IMG/VR virus record: IMGVR_UViG_3300018424_000012
Source: an uncultured virus (IMG/VR IMGVR_UViG_3300018424_000012)
Taxonomy: Duplodnaviria > Heunggongvirae > Uroviricota > Caudoviricetes
Direction: 5' to 3' (one strand)
DNA: 64,000 nt
The notes beneath the pieces are model-generated. The model had not been told where the DNA came from and ran no database searches. It was given only the letters and a program-made list of their open reading frames with translations. A program made the position numbers and the translations under genes. Positions 1 through 10,100 of this stretch are shown here, in pieces. Every line of letters begins with the position of its first letter. Within the stretch, counting starts at the first letter, position 1.

Positions 1-170
1 ATTGATGACCCCATAGAGATATTAGGTAAATTTGCTGTTTGACATGTAAAGGATACACCCTCAAGTCTTTGCATTGTAAATACAAACTGAGCAGGTGTAA
101 GAAAGTTTAAATTGGTAGCGGCAATGCTATCAGTCCAATTTGTATATGTAATATTTTCATCGTATGCCAT
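1..170 (-). CDS. gp3: Tail completion/sheath stabiliser gp3, N-terminal part (runs off the window)
   Basis: Not in ORF track. Manual translation from ATG at 170: MAYDENITYTNWTDSIAATNLNFLTPAQFVFTMQRLEGVSFTCQTANLPNISMG. NFL..F.F...F.CQ.AN.P is the gp3 N-terminal pattern; position downstream of gp23 fits. Confidence 0.8.
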   Translation of the reverse strand, partial: MAYDENITYTNWTDSIAATNLNFLTPAQFVFTMQRLEGVSFTCQTANLPNISMGSS

Positions 171-206
171 AGTAGATTCCTTTATCTATACTACTATTTA
201 TCCATT

Positions 207-232
207 AAAAAAGGGGAGCATTTCTGCTCCCC
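207..232 (-). terminator. Rho-independent terminator after gp23
   Basis: Minus strand GGGGAGCA-GAAA-TGCTCCCC followed by T6. Confidence 0.85.
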
Positions 233-260
233 CTTCTAAGGTTTCTCCCTTAATGCAATC

Positions 261-1541
261 TTACATCAGGTTAGTAACAGTTACCAATCTGTAGTATGAG
301 TTGCTATCTGCAGAGATAGAAGTGAATGGGTTAGATACTAGACCATAACGGGTCTTGAAACCAATCTTAGGTTGGAAAGTATTCTCGCCCACTGCACGAA
401 CCATCTGCAGAGGTACATAAGGACAGTAGAACAGACCAGCGTCATAAGCGTTTGAACCCTTATAACCAACACAGTAGAACTGGTTGCTATCTGAACTGTT
501 TGCTGAGTACGGATCGATGTACACTTTAATCTTACCGTTGATGGTACCAGCGAATGTGTTGCCAGTATCGTCTACATTCAGATTAGTCTGAAGTGCAGGT
601 GCGTAATCAAGAACGCCTGCCATTGAGAGAGCAGATGCAACATCACTTGAAGTGATGATGAAGTTACCCTTACCACGGCGAGTGTCTTGTGCGATTGTGT
701 TAGCATCACGCTCAATCTGGAACAGAAGTCCCTTGAAACGCTCAACTGACCAACGACCGTTACTATCAACGTCAAGGTCGAAAGTACCAGCACTTGCTAC
801 TGCGCCAGACTGTGCGCCTGCTTTAGCAGAAGTGTAGATAGTACGAACAACTTCGCGGTTGATTTCAGCAAGAATTTCTGCTGAAAGGATGTTAGCGAGT
901 TCAGTTTCAGCATCAAGACCATGAACTGCTTTCAAGTCTTGTGCAAGTTCAAGAGTGTATTCTGCTTTCAACGCTCTTGTCTTTGCTGTTACTGAAGTCT
1001 TTTCGATGGTGAATGCCATCTCGTTGAACTGACCAGAGTTACCCATTGAGACTGCACCATCTCCAAGTGCTTCACCAGTACCTGTACCAGCGCCTTGACC
1101 AGTTGTGAATGGTGATTCCACTGGGTTACCACCAGCATGTGCAGGTGTGACACCAGAGAAGTCTGTGTCTGCTTCGTTGAACAATGCTTCTGTACCACCC
1201 TGTGAAGAGTAGTTAGACTTCATTGCAAAAATCAGACCAGTTGGACCAGTCATTGGTTGCACACCACAGATGTCGTATGCGATAAGATTTGGCATTGCAC
1301 GGCGTACAAGCGAAATCAGGATTGGGTCAAACTTTGCGATACCGCCAGTGTCTGGCATAGTATCAGCATGGTTTGTTGGGATTGCTTCGTGAAGCATTCC
1401 GCGCTCTTCTTTCATTGCTTTTTCTTGGTTTTCCAAGATAACAGTTGTGACTGCCTTCTTGTACGAATCCTGAATTTGTGGCATATCAGGATGGTCAAGA
1501 ACAGGACCCCACTTCTGCTGAAGGTTTTCTGTTAAAAACAT
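261..1541 (-). CDS. gp23: Major capsid protein
   Basis: KW.P.L N-terminus, CGVQPMTGPTGLIFAM, TRALKAEYTLELAQDLKAVHGLDAE, FQPKIGFKTRYG. Confidence 0.99.
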   Translation of the reverse strand: MFLTENLQQKWGPVLDHPDMPQIQDSYKKAVTTVILENQEKAMKEERGMLHEAIPTNHADTMPDTGGIAKFDPILISLVRRAMPNLIAYDICGVQPMTGPTGLIFAMKSNYSSQGGTEALFNEADTDFSGVTPAHAGGNPVESPFTTGQGAGTGTGEALGDGAVSMGNSGQFNEMAFTIEKTSVTAKTRALKAEYTLELAQDLKAVHGLDAETELANILSAEILAEINREVVRTIYTSAKAGAQSGAVASAGTFDLDVDSNGRWSVERFKGLLFQIERDANTIAQDTRRGKGNFIITSSDVASALSMAGVLDYAPALQTNLNVDDTGNTFAGTINGKIKVYIDPYSANSSDSNQFYCVGYKGSNAYDAGLFYCPYVPLQMVRAVGENTFQPKIGFKTRYGLVSNPFTSISADSNSYYRLVTVTNLM

Positions 1542-1586
1542 TTTATTATCTCCTCGTTGTTTAACGTATGTTAAATATTACAATAT

Positions 1587-1594
1587 TATTTATA
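1587..1594 (-). promoter_or_regulatory. T4-type late promoter for gp23
   Basis: TATAAATA on minus strand about 45 nt upstream of the start. Confidence 0.85.
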
Positions 1595-1598
1595 ATAT

Positions 1599-2906
1599 TT
1601 ATTTGCCCACTGTTCTGGAGATTGCAGAAACGTAGTCTTTCATCTCACTGGTTAAGTTGACTGCTTCTGTAAGTTCATCTACAGCAACCTCATCCTCTTC
1701 GATTGTTTTGGCAATCTTTGGAAAGTAACTCTCCTTGAGTGTTTCCAATTCTTTTGCAAATGATTCCTCATCTGAGAACTCAAGACCTTCTACAAGACCA
1801 GAGAACTTCTCTTTTTGAGTATCAGTCAAATCTTTTGCAGATTCCTCGATAGCAACTTGCTTCTTTGCTTCGTTTACCATCTTAGATGTTTCAGCATTTG
1901 CTTCGATTTGCTCATTGAGTTTTTGCTCAAGTTCTGCAATCTTGTCTTGCTGTTCTGCTACCACATCATACTTGTCTTCTGGAACATCAATGTAATGCTC
2001 TTCGAAAACTTTCTTCAGTGATACGATAAAGTCTTCTGTGATTTCAGACTTGAGACCACGCTCAACAGCGAGTTCATTGTCTTTAGACCACTGCTCGACA
2101 ACATATGAAAGATATGTGTCAACCTTATCTGTCAAATCTTCTGCAATCTTTGCAGTCTCTTCATCGATTTGTGTTTCGTAATGCTCTTCAAGTTCAACAA
2201 TCTTGTCTGCAACTTTAGAGTTTACTGCCGCTTCGAATACAGTCTTTGCTCTTGCTTTGAATTCAGCATCGAACTCACCGCCTTCAGTCAATGCATTTAC
2301 GTCATCTGACATATCTACATCTTCTTTCTTCGCGGCGTATGATGACTTCATGTAACCATAAGATGCTTTCATATGCTTCATTTCTTTCATCTTATCGACT
2401 TGAGCATGAAGTTTTTTCTTCATCTCTTCCATTTCTTTGTCTTCATCGTCATCGTCATCGGACTCTTCTTCGTCATCGGACTCTTCTTCGTCATCTTCCT
2501 CATCCATATCCTTTTCGCCATTTTTCTTTTTGGCGTCCATTGCTTTTTTGAGGGCAGGTGGCAGTTCGCCTTCCGCGACTTCTTCTTCAGAGACTACTTC
2601 TAAATCTTCGTCTTCTTCGTCTTCTTCTTTAACAGGTGTAGCACCTGGTTTGATTGACTGCTCACCCTTGTTTGCTTCACCACCTGGAACTGCCGCTTTC
2701 TTGACTTTCTTAGTCACTTCAGCAGGACCATTCTTATCGTCTGGTGATACAACAGCGGCACCGGTATCATCTACCTTACCGTCTGCATCTGCATCTAACT
2801 TAGGCATAGGGTCTGCTTTACCGCCACCCTTTCCAGGAGCAGTTGCTTCGTGCATTGATGCTTCAAGCAATTCTTTAATTTTATCTTCTACAGACATGTT
2901 GGACAC
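1599..2906 (-). CDS. gp22: Prohead core scaffold protein
   Basis: Very acidic coiled coil; FKARAKTVFEAAV, VDTYLSYVVEQW, LKESYF; lies between gp21 and gp23. Confidence 0.95.
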   Translation of the reverse strand: MSNMSVEDKIKELLEASMHEATAPGKGGGKADPMPKLDADADGKVDDTGAAVVSPDDKNGPAEVTKKVKKAAVPGGEANKGEQSIKPGATPVKEEDEEDEDLEVVSEEEVAEGELPPALKKAMDAKKKNGEKDMDEEDDEEESDDEEESDDDDDEDKEMEEMKKKLHAQVDKMKEMKHMKASYGYMKSSYAAKKEDVDMSDDVNALTEGGEFDAEFKARAKTVFEAAVNSKVADKIVELEEHYETQIDEETAKIAEDLTDKVDTYLSYVVEQWSKDNELAVERGLKSEITEDFIVSLKKVFEEHYIDVPEDKYDVVAEQQDKIAELEQKLNEQIEANAETSKMVNEAKKQVAIEESAKDLTDTQKEKFSGLVEGLEFSDEESFAKELETLKESYFPKIAKTIEEDEVAVDELTEAVNLTSEMKDYVSAISRTVGK

Positions 2907-2925
2907 TCCTTATTTGTTTGTCTAA

Positions 2926-2933
2926 TATTTATA
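2926..2933 (-). promoter_or_regulatory. Late promoter for gp22
   Basis: TATAAATA in the gp21-gp22 gap. Confidence 0.85.
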
Positions 2934-2937
2934 TGTT

Positions 2938-3585
2938 TTACAGTTTTGACAAGAAATTATTAAATGCATTTAACTTTGCTTCTTGTAAAGAATTAAGTTT
3001 TGCTTTAGCAATGTCTTGCTTATATCTTTCGATATTCACTTCTTTGATGATGCCATTATCCCAAATCCATTCTGCGCCTTCCATGATGCCATTTACGAAA
3101 GCATCAGGAGCAGATGGGTCTGCAACAATGTCGGCGGCGGTTGCAAGATAAAAATCACCTTGCACTTCTTGGGCACCTGAACGACCCGGTTTAAGCGAAC
3201 CCATTCCCCTAGAAGATACCCCCAATGTAGCGCCCTCATCCATCAAATTCTTAACAATCTTACCGTATGGAGTATCCATAATTTTTGCTTTGCCCATGAC
3301 ATTAGAACCATCCATTGACAATTCTGTAATCATGTGCGATACTCTTTCAAGATTGATTGTCGGACCATCAGGATGACCCAACTCACCAAACGCACGTTTG
3401 CGGTCGATATTTTCTTTTGTATATCTCTTAACTTCAGTTTCCATAACTGACTTCGGATATACTCGACCGTTTCTATTCTTGAGGTCGGATTGCATAAACA
3501 CGCCCTCAATGAAATATTGTTTTGCGCCACCCTTCTCTTCTACGAGAAAGTTAGCGTCTGAAATTTCTTCTCTAATCAGTTTCAT
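2938..3585 (-). CDS. gp21: Prohead protease
   Basis: NRNGRVYP, GELGHP, GVSSRGMGS, DIVADPSAPDAFV; probable start MKLIREE at 3585. Confidence 0.97.
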   Translation of the reverse strand: MKLIREEISDANFLVEEKGGAKQYFIEGVFMQSDLKNRNGRVYPKSVMETEVKRYTKENIDRKRAFGELGHPDGPTINLERVSHMITELSMDGSNVMGKAKIMDTPYGKIVKNLMDEGATLGVSSRGMGSLKPGRSGAQEVQGDFYLATAADIVADPSAPDAFVNGIMEGAEWIWDNGIIKEVNIERYKQDIAKAKLNSLQEAKLNAFNNFLSKL

Positions 3586-3586
3586 G

Positions 3587-3943
3587 TTAGATACCTGCAT
3601 AACCTGTTAATTTTTTAAGCACTAGAACTGCGGTACCGCCTGTTGTGATAGTCACTTTAATATCTTCATCACTATCTGTAACTTCTAGTGCAGGTAAAAT
3701 CCAATGACCTGATGTACCAGTTGCACCGCTATCAAATTTTACAGTTCCGGTTATAGCACTCTCAATAACTACATCTCCTGACCAGTAGATTTCTTTAATA
3801 CCAACTGTAGGTGATGAAGCAGTTTGGTTTGTCACAAGAAATGAAGCACCATCAATATCGATAGTAGTATTTCCCGCTCCTCCTGTCACACTGACTACAT
3901 TAGTCGTTTTGGTGACCTTTAGAAATTGTTGACCTATTGCCAT
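3587..3943 (-). CDS. Hypothetical beta-rich protein, probable virion component
   Basis: 118-aa ORF with its own late promoter; resembles 12405-12776. Confidence 0.6.
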   Translation of the reverse strand: MAIGQQFLKVTKTTNVVSVTGGAGNTTIDIDGASFLVTNQTASSPTVGIKEIYWSGDVVIESAITGTVKFDSGATGTSGHWILPALEVTDSDEDIKVTITTGGTAVLVLKKLTGYAGI

Positions 3944-3970
3944 TGCTTATACCCTTTTTACTTACTTATA

Positions 3971-3978
3971 TTTATAAA
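3971..3978 (-). promoter_or_regulatory. Late promoter
   Basis: TATAAATA on minus strand. Confidence 0.8.
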
Positions 3979-3981
3979 AGT

Positions 3982-5778
3982 TTAATCTTCGTTTTTTGCC
4001 ATCTTAGTAATAGTAGCATAAAAAACTGCTTTACCCTTTTCTTCACCATATCTATCGGTGAAGTCTTTCATAGGCACTTCTTTTTCCAACTTCTTCATCT
4101 TATCTTTTTCTGCAGTTGTTAGTTCTCTTTCAGAAAAATCTTTTAAACTTAAATCTTCATTTTGTCTGCGTAGAACAGCGGCAACTTGCTTGTCTTTTGA
4201 AAGACCTCTTGCAATCTTTTCAATTGCTTTTACTGCACCTGTCATGTTACCACCTTTGTAACGCTTGTCAGATGCTACACCAATCGCCATCTTTCTTTGC
4301 TTCGGTGTAAATCTTTCATCAAGTTCTTCTTCTTTGAGTTGTGACTTATCTACTTTGTCACCAATTGCTTGTGCAGTTTTTAATCTTGCCATTTTTAGTG
4401 GTGCAACATCTTTAAAACGCTTTTCAAGACTTCTGCGATCCAATCTCAAATCTCTCTCATCACTACCCATTGAATAGATTTTCATATCTGTTCCAACAAG
4501 AGCATATCTCATCTTTGGTGCTTCATCAAGTTCAATTTCTTCTTTCACTCCTGCTAATTTATATGCCGCATTGGCAAGTTGAGTGACTTTCATTTTTCTC
4601 ATTCTGTCTTGATTTTGTTTGTTTACTTTCTTAAAAATTTTCATAATTAATGATGCAGTAAACATATCAACCATTACACCATCAATCTTCGTTGCTTGTT
4701 TGTCATCAACAACTTTTTGAATTTTATCAATCGTTCCACCAAATGCAGAACCACCTACTTCATCAAGTTCAACTTCTTCTGGGATAACTCTCATGTTACC
4801 AGAAATGTAAGCAGGATGCATCTTCAATGCTCTCTGAGCATCTTTCTCATCGTTGCTGTCAACATAAACTTTAACTGTTTTCTTTGCGCTATCAGCATCT
4901 ACACGAAACTTAATACGACCCATCTTCTGAGCAATCTCTTTACCAATACCATCGCCCATCATTCTGTTGAAGATTTTTTGTTTCTTAGGGTCTTTGAAGT
5001 TACCGTCTTTGTCAAATAACTTTGCTAGATGTGGAGGAAGACCTGCTTCGATAAGTTCTACACTTTCTTTCATCAACTCTTTAACTGATGACAAATCAAG
5101 TTTAAGTGCTTTAGCAATTTGTTCTGCAGTCTTTCCAGAATCCATCATCATATGAAACTGCTTCATTTTACCTTCGTTGATATCCTCATCAAAGTACTCA
5201 TTGATTTTTAGTTGTTTAACTGCGTTATCGAAATCTCTTTTTGATTTAGCAAGTACTGTTTGTAATTGCATTTTCGATGCTGGTTTTAGACCTTGATACA
5301 TTGTAAGTAACTTATCAGCAACTTTAGGATCAACCTTTGCTTTTTTACCATCAGCAAACTCAATAGGTTTCATGCCTCTAAGTGATACTGCTTTTCTTAA
5401 TTGCATCATAATATTTTTGTCTGCCGCTTTTCTGTCATCGTCAGTGGCAGTGTTATCGATGTCTGCGGCGTCTTTACCTGTTCTTCGACCCATTGCTTTA
5501 AACGCATCACGCTTTGCACGATTTTCTTGCAACTCTTCACCCACAAGTTTCAAGTAATCATTAATAATTTTGTCTGTATCTTTTTCACTACGATATGAAC
5601 CGGCATACTTTTCTTTATCAAAGTATACAAAGTACTTACCACCTTTTGTAGTAACAGTAACTTCGATGTTCTTCTTACGACCTACTTTCTCGGTCTTTAC
5701 TATCTTTTCGCCACTGTCTACTTTGATTTTTTCAGCGAGGTTGATAGTCTGTTTTAATTGGGTGAATGTTACAGACAT
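3982..5778 (-). CDS. gp68-like prohead core / multi-module internal head protein
   Basis: Occupies the gp68 position between gp67 and gp21; basic modules separated by acidic [LI]-x-E linkers; two gp68-like segments. Confidence 0.65.
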   Translation of the reverse strand: MSVTFTQLKQTINLAEKIKVDSGEKIVKTEKVGRKKNIEVTVTTKGGKYFVYFDKEKYAGSYRSEKDTDKIINDYLKLVGEELQENRAKRDAFKAMGRRTGKDAADIDNTATDDDRKAADKNIMMQLRKAVSLRGMKPIEFADGKKAKVDPKVADKLLTMYQGLKPASKMQLQTVLAKSKRDFDNAVKQLKINEYFDEDINEGKMKQFHMMMDSGKTAEQIAKALKLDLSSVKELMKESVELIEAGLPPHLAKLFDKDGNFKDPKKQKIFNRMMGDGIGKEIAQKMGRIKFRVDADSAKKTVKVYVDSNDEKDAQRALKMHPAYISGNMRVIPEEVELDEVGGSAFGGTIDKIQKVVDDKQATKIDGVMVDMFTASLIMKIFKKVNKQNQDRMRKMKVTQLANAAYKLAGVKEEIELDEAPKMRYALVGTDMKIYSMGSDERDLRLDRRSLEKRFKDVAPLKMARLKTAQAIGDKVDKSQLKEEELDERFTPKQRKMAIGVASDKRYKGGNMTGAVKAIEKIARGLSKDKQVAAVLRRQNEDLSLKDFSERELTTAEKDKMKKLEKEVPMKDFTDRYGEEKGKAVFYATITKMAKNED

Positions 5779-5784
5779 TTTTTA

Positions 5785-5964
5785 CTACTCCGTTGTTTCG
5801 ATTTCTAGTTCACCTTTATCGTTAAAAAGTGTTTTAGCAAATGTTTCTTTTGCTGTTGCTAATTCATGCGCTACTTTATCATTCATTACTGATTGAAATT
5901 TAACTTCAGCATTTACAAAATCTTTGTTGTTAATATCGTTAATCATTGCGTTAATTTTATTCAT
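5785..5964 (-). CDS. gp67: Prohead core protein gp67-like (59 aa, below ORF-track cut-off)
   Basis: ATG overlaps the gp20 stop (TAATG); MNKINAMINDINNKDFVNAEVKFQSVMNDKVAHELATAKETFAKTLFNDKGELEIETTE; canonical position. Confidence 0.75.
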   Translation of the reverse strand: MNKINAMINDINNKDFVNAEVKFQSVMNDKVAHELATAKETFAKTLFNDKGELEIETTE

Positions 5965-7478
5965 TAGAATTGATCCTCTTCTTCACCGTCTTCTCCGCCA
6001 GATGCTTCCGCTTCTGCTTCTATTTCACTATTTATCTGCTCAATATCATCATCATTTTGCTTGAGAATATTCTTACGAATCCACAAGTTACTATAATATT
6101 GACCAGCATATTCAGCGGCATCTCGTACTAAAGCAAGACGTTCTCTTAATATTTCTTGGTCTTTCAGTTCTGAGAACTGATTATCTTTTACATAATCATA
6201 ACGAATATCTTCTTTCATAAGTTCCCAGTCTTCTTCAGTTATAACGCCTTTAAGCAATAACTGTGTGCGTAATAAGTCTTGAAATAGTTCATTGAACTTC
6301 TTACGCAATCTACCTACAAACTTAGTAAACTTCAATTCATCACGATTAATCTCTGTTGCTCGACCTAACTGAAAACCACTTTCAGGTTGCATACGAGACT
6401 GAGGTACATTGAGTGCTAAGAACATCTTCTTCTTAAAATACTCAATATCTTCAATCTCACCGAGGTTTTGACCACCACCTAGTGTAGTAATCTCTGTACC
6501 TCTACCACCTTCTCTGCGAGGCATCCAGAAGTCTTCTAGCATGTTCATAAACTTACGGTCGTCTTTTACTTCACCTGTATCACCATCATAAACTAACTTA
6601 TTCTTAAAGTTATTCATAATGTCTTTTAGATACTGTTCTGCTTTCTGCTTAGGTAAGTTACCAACATCTACATAAAATACTCTACGCTCAGGTGCCCTTG
6701 CAATACGATAGATAACAAGAGCATCTTCCATCATACGCAACTGATTGACTGGTTTGATTGCTTTGTGTAAATAACCCACAACCATATTGTTATTCATATC
6801 AGTCATACCAGAAGGCACATATGTTACGCTATCTTTAGTGAGAGCAATTGCATTTGCAGTTTTCATCTGCGTTACATTTGTCGCCACCGATCCTTCAGTG
6901 TATAGGAAGTATTCTTTAATCTTTTTAATACCACTGACGCCCTTTGTAATTTCTTGCTGTTCGTCTTTAATAACTTCACGAACAAATTTTATTGAACGAG
7001 GGTCGACAATTCTGAGTTTTTGTATGCCTTCTTTTGGATTACTGCTATCAACTACTTTATGAAAATATAGTCTTCCATCAATATACCAACGCTTAAATAG
7101 TTCATGAGACCTCTTATTGAAGTCAAGCATTCTTAGAACTTGTTTAAACTCTTCATTAATTTTCTTTTTAATAGATGATGAAACCTGCACATCGTCTAAA
7201 GTTATAGATACTTGCCTATCACTGTCAGATACGATTGCTTCATTGATAATATCATCAATCGCCGCTTCGCATTCTGGGTGCATAGAAATTTCACGATACT
7301 TCTTAATTAAGTCGTATTCGTTCTTCGCTCTATAATCTTGATTAACAAAAGTGCCGTACGCGCCACCAGAAACAGTAGACACGCCATCGTCTGGAGAAGG
7401 AAGAATTATATCCTGCTTTGGTAAATTCTTCTCCCCTCCATTACGACTGATTTCAAATCCGAATAGTTTTACTGCCAT
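5964..7478 (-). CDS. gp20: Portal vertex protein
   Basis: RWYIDGR, YRIARAPERRVFYVDVGNLPK, EDFWMPRREGGRGTEI. Confidence 0.99.
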   Translation of the reverse strand: MAVKLFGFEISRNGGEKNLPKQDIILPSPDDGVSTVSGGAYGTFVNQDYRAKNEYDLIKKYREISMHPECEAAIDDIINEAIVSDSDRQVSITLDDVQVSSSIKKKINEEFKQVLRMLDFNKRSHELFKRWYIDGRLYFHKVVDSSNPKEGIQKLRIVDPRSIKFVREVIKDEQQEITKGVSGIKKIKEYFLYTEGSVATNVTQMKTANAIALTKDSVTYVPSGMTDMNNNMVVGYLHKAIKPVNQLRMMEDALVIYRIARAPERRVFYVDVGNLPKQKAEQYLKDIMNNFKNKLVYDGDTGEVKDDRKFMNMLEDFWMPRREGGRGTEITTLGGGQNLGEIEDIEYFKKKMFLALNVPQSRMQPESGFQLGRATEINRDELKFTKFVGRLRKKFNELFQDLLRTQLLLKGVITEEDWELMKEDIRYDYVKDNQFSELKDQEILRERLALVRDAAEYAGQYYSNLWIRKNILKQNDDDIEQINSEIEAEAEASGGEDGEEEDQF

Positions 7479-7519
7479 ATTTTCTCCACCTAAACATTAT
7501 ACCATTATCTTGAAAGTTA

Positions 7520-8089
7520 TTAAGCAGTTGTATCTGCGGTTGTTACACCACCGAAACGACCACCAAGACTTTCAAAGAACTGGTAAGTAAATTCACAAGT
7601 AAACTCTGCAATTGCATCGTTTGTTCCAAAGTCTAGAGCAATCTCACCAATGTTGGTTGGATATGCGTCTTTGATTATATATGACTTGAGAACATCATCA
7701 TTTCTGTCTAGATGGTCAACTCGTAAATCAACGAGATATTCACTAGGCAGGACTCTACCTCGATTAGTTACTACGTTGTTGATACCATTCTGCCAGATTT
7801 CAAAGGCATCGCGGATTGCGAATGATGTGTCATTGTACACTGTTACAGTCCATGGAGTGAAAGTTCTTTCACCGCCAAAGTTTACAACACGACCCCTATA
7901 GTTGACTGGAGTGTTACCGATTGTTGAACCAGGAAGTGCGGCGCCTCGGCAGAGAAATTCTGCATCTCTGCCTGCTACGCCCGCTACTGCTCCAGAAACG
8001 TATTCTGGAAATGATAGCGTTACTCTGAACTGGTTTGCTCTCGCACCCCCACCAATCATACGGGATTTAAAGTCTGAAATTGTTGCCAT
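7520..8089 (-). CDS. gp19: Tail tube protein
   Basis: GGARANQFRV, GERTFTPWTVTVYND, YPTNIGEIALD. Confidence 0.96.
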   Translation of the reverse strand: MATISDFKSRMIGGGARANQFRVTLSFPEYVSGAVAGVAGRDAEFLCRGAALPGSTIGNTPVNYRGRVVNFGGERTFTPWTVTVYNDTSFAIRDAFEIWQNGINNVVTNRGRVLPSEYLVDLRVDHLDRNDDVLKSYIIKDAYPTNIGEIALDFGTNDAIAEFTCEFTYQFFESLGGRFGGVTTADTTA

Positions 8090-8123
8090 TTTTATATGCT
8101 CCTATTATCTTACTATTTATCCC

Positions 8124-10040
8124 TTATACACCAGTCTCTTCAAAAGAGATACCAGTTCTTGTTGCTACGAATGTAAGCGTGATAAAGTTAATTGACCTTG
8201 CAGGTTTAATAAAGATATCTGCTCTAAACTCGTTTGCATCAATGACTGCAGGAGTATTATTAGTTTCGTCACAAACAACTTTAAAATCAAAGATGCCTCT
8301 GCGACCTTGAATATCTCTCAAGAACGGTTCGACTAGATTTCTAAAGTTTGCTCTAGTGAAAGTGTCGTTGAATTCAAACAACTGAAACTTCGCCGCTGTA
8401 GCAATTGCTTTTTCTAGAATGATGAACAATCTACGAACATTAATTCTATCAAATGCACTTGGTGCAGTCAGCATAGTTTTATCACCAAAGAGTGTGATGC
8501 CTTGTCCAGGGAATGCTACAACTGGATTAACTTGACTTCTATAGAGGGAATCTCTATCTGCTTTATCTGGTGAGAATGCGACTTTTACTGCATTCTTAAT
8601 CTGCCCGCGGTTGAAACCAGCAGGTGAGAAGAATGGATCAGCAACTAAGTCAGTTCTTACACAGCATCCAGCAACATCAGCATTCAAAGGAATCCAACGA
8701 TATACATCGTTGTATCTGTCATACTGATATTTCCAACCACTATCCATTACTGCGAATGAAGAGTTGATATTTGCCGAAACATCTCTGAAATCTACAATAT
8801 CTGTTGCGGCAGTTGTTGAAGTTGCATCAGCAAGTTCTGGTGATAAGAATACCATACAGTCTTTTCTGATTTCAGCAACATTGTCTACAACGTATTTTGC
8901 TGTCGCTCCGTCTGCAGGTCCCATGACAATAAGAGAGATATCGAATTGCTCATCGTTTGCAAATTTAGCATATGCAGTCTGTAGTTCTCCTGCTGAAGGC
9001 GCGGCACCATTTGCGGCACCTGACAGAGAAACGTACTGTGGTTCTCTACTTGTGTGTGCAAAAGCATTACTCAAAATACCTGTCGCTGTACCTACGTCAC
9101 TATCAAAGTTTGAACCGTGGTCACCGAACCAAATATAATTTGAATACTGATTAATATGCTCTACATAGTAATTTACTGTTCCATCTGACTTCTTTGCATC
9201 AGTTGCGACAGATAAATTTGAGAACTTTTCAAGTATTGTGTTTGCAGTTCCAGTAATATCTCCATCTTCATCGATGACGATTACATGAAGTTCATCATTA
9301 GAACCGCCTCTTGCCGTTGCTTGTGCAGATGTTCCTGGTGCATTATCGAATTCTGCATGATAGTACCACTTGACAGTTACATTAACAGGTGTAACTGTTC
9401 CATCAACTGCAGTAGTTAGACCAGTAGTCTTACCCTTTTCGTTGATAGTCAAGGTATTTGTTGATATTGCTGTTACTTCATATTCAGTATTGTGTCCAGC
9501 AAATACAATCAAGTCTCCTACAAAGATATTTGATGCAGATACAACTGTTACTGTTTTTGCATCTAACGCATTAGAGGTTACACATGTAGTAGTATTAGTA
9601 CTTGTGTAAGCACCTGCAGTGTGACATACTGATACTTTAAGTGAGTTACCCAGAGTACCTGGATACTTTGCCGCCCAATCGCCAACTCCTGTTGAGATTG
9701 CAGAAGCACCTAGATTATCGTATTGTGTTTCGTTTTTAATTAAGAATCCTGAACCGTCTTGTGTCGCATTCAGCATACTTGCTTTTTCTGCTCTAACAAC
9801 TTGAAGATTAGAACCATAACTCAGAAAGTTTGCCGCAGAGAAGAAATATTCGTATGTATCAGCATTAGGTTCACCGAAAACGGAAACCAATTCATTTTCT
9901 GAAGATACATTGATTACATCGTCTACAGGTCCCCACTGAAAGTTGCCCGCATATGCTCCCGGTGAGGTTGCTACTGCTGGCACAACCTGTGTTAAGTCCA
10001 CTTCACGAACTAGAACGCCTGGTGAAATTTGAAATGCCAT
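8124..10040 (-). CDS. gp18: Contractile tail sheath protein
   Basis: SPGVLVREVD, FQWGP, SPAGFNRG, FDRINVRRLF, KPARSINFI; start placed at MAFQISPG. Confidence 0.98.
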   Translation of the reverse strand: MAFQISPGVLVREVDLTQVVPAVATSPGAYAGNFQWGPVDDVINVSSENELVSVFGEPNADTYEYFFSAANFLSYGSNLQVVRAEKASMLNATQDGSGFLIKNETQYDNLGASAISTGVGDWAAKYPGTLGNSLKVSVCHTAGAYTSTNTTTCVTSNALDAKTVTVVSASNIFVGDLIVFAGHNTEYEVTAISTNTLTINEKGKTTGLTTAVDGTVTPVNVTVKWYYHAEFDNAPGTSAQATARGGSNDELHVIVIDEDGDITGTANTILEKFSNLSVATDAKKSDGTVNYYVEHINQYSNYIWFGDHGSNFDSDVGTATGILSNAFAHTSREPQYVSLSGAANGAAPSAGELQTAYAKFANDEQFDISLIVMGPADGATAKYVVDNVAEIRKDCMVFLSPELADATSTTAATDIVDFRDVSANINSSFAVMDSGWKYQYDRYNDVYRWIPLNADVAGCCVRTDLVADPFFSPAGFNRGQIKNAVKVAFSPDKADRDSLYRSQVNPVVAFPGQGITLFGDKTMLTAPSAFDRINVRRLFIILEKAIATAAKFQLFEFNDTFTRANFRNLVEPFLRDIQGRRGIFDFKVVCDETNNTPAVIDANEFRADIFIKPARSINFITLTFVATRTGISFEETGV

Positions 10041-10089
10041 GTTATTTACTCCCGTATTTAAAATCAAAGGTTTTAGTCATTTACGATAA

Positions 10090-10097
10090 TATTTATA
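10090..10097 (-). promoter_or_regulatory. Late promoter for gp18
   Basis: TATAAATA on minus strand. Confidence 0.8.
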
Positions 10098-10100
10098 AGT

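Noticed and set aside
112..294. Plus-strand ORF ending RLVTVTNL, the same peptide as the gp23 C-terminus
   Set aside because: Caused by an imperfect palindrome at about 267-291 in the end of gp23; the ORF crosses a terminator and gp3 in antisense
2437..2925. 162-aa Ser-rich plus-strand ORF and 18-nt tandem repeat
   Set aside because: Antisense shadow of the Glu/Asp tract of gp22
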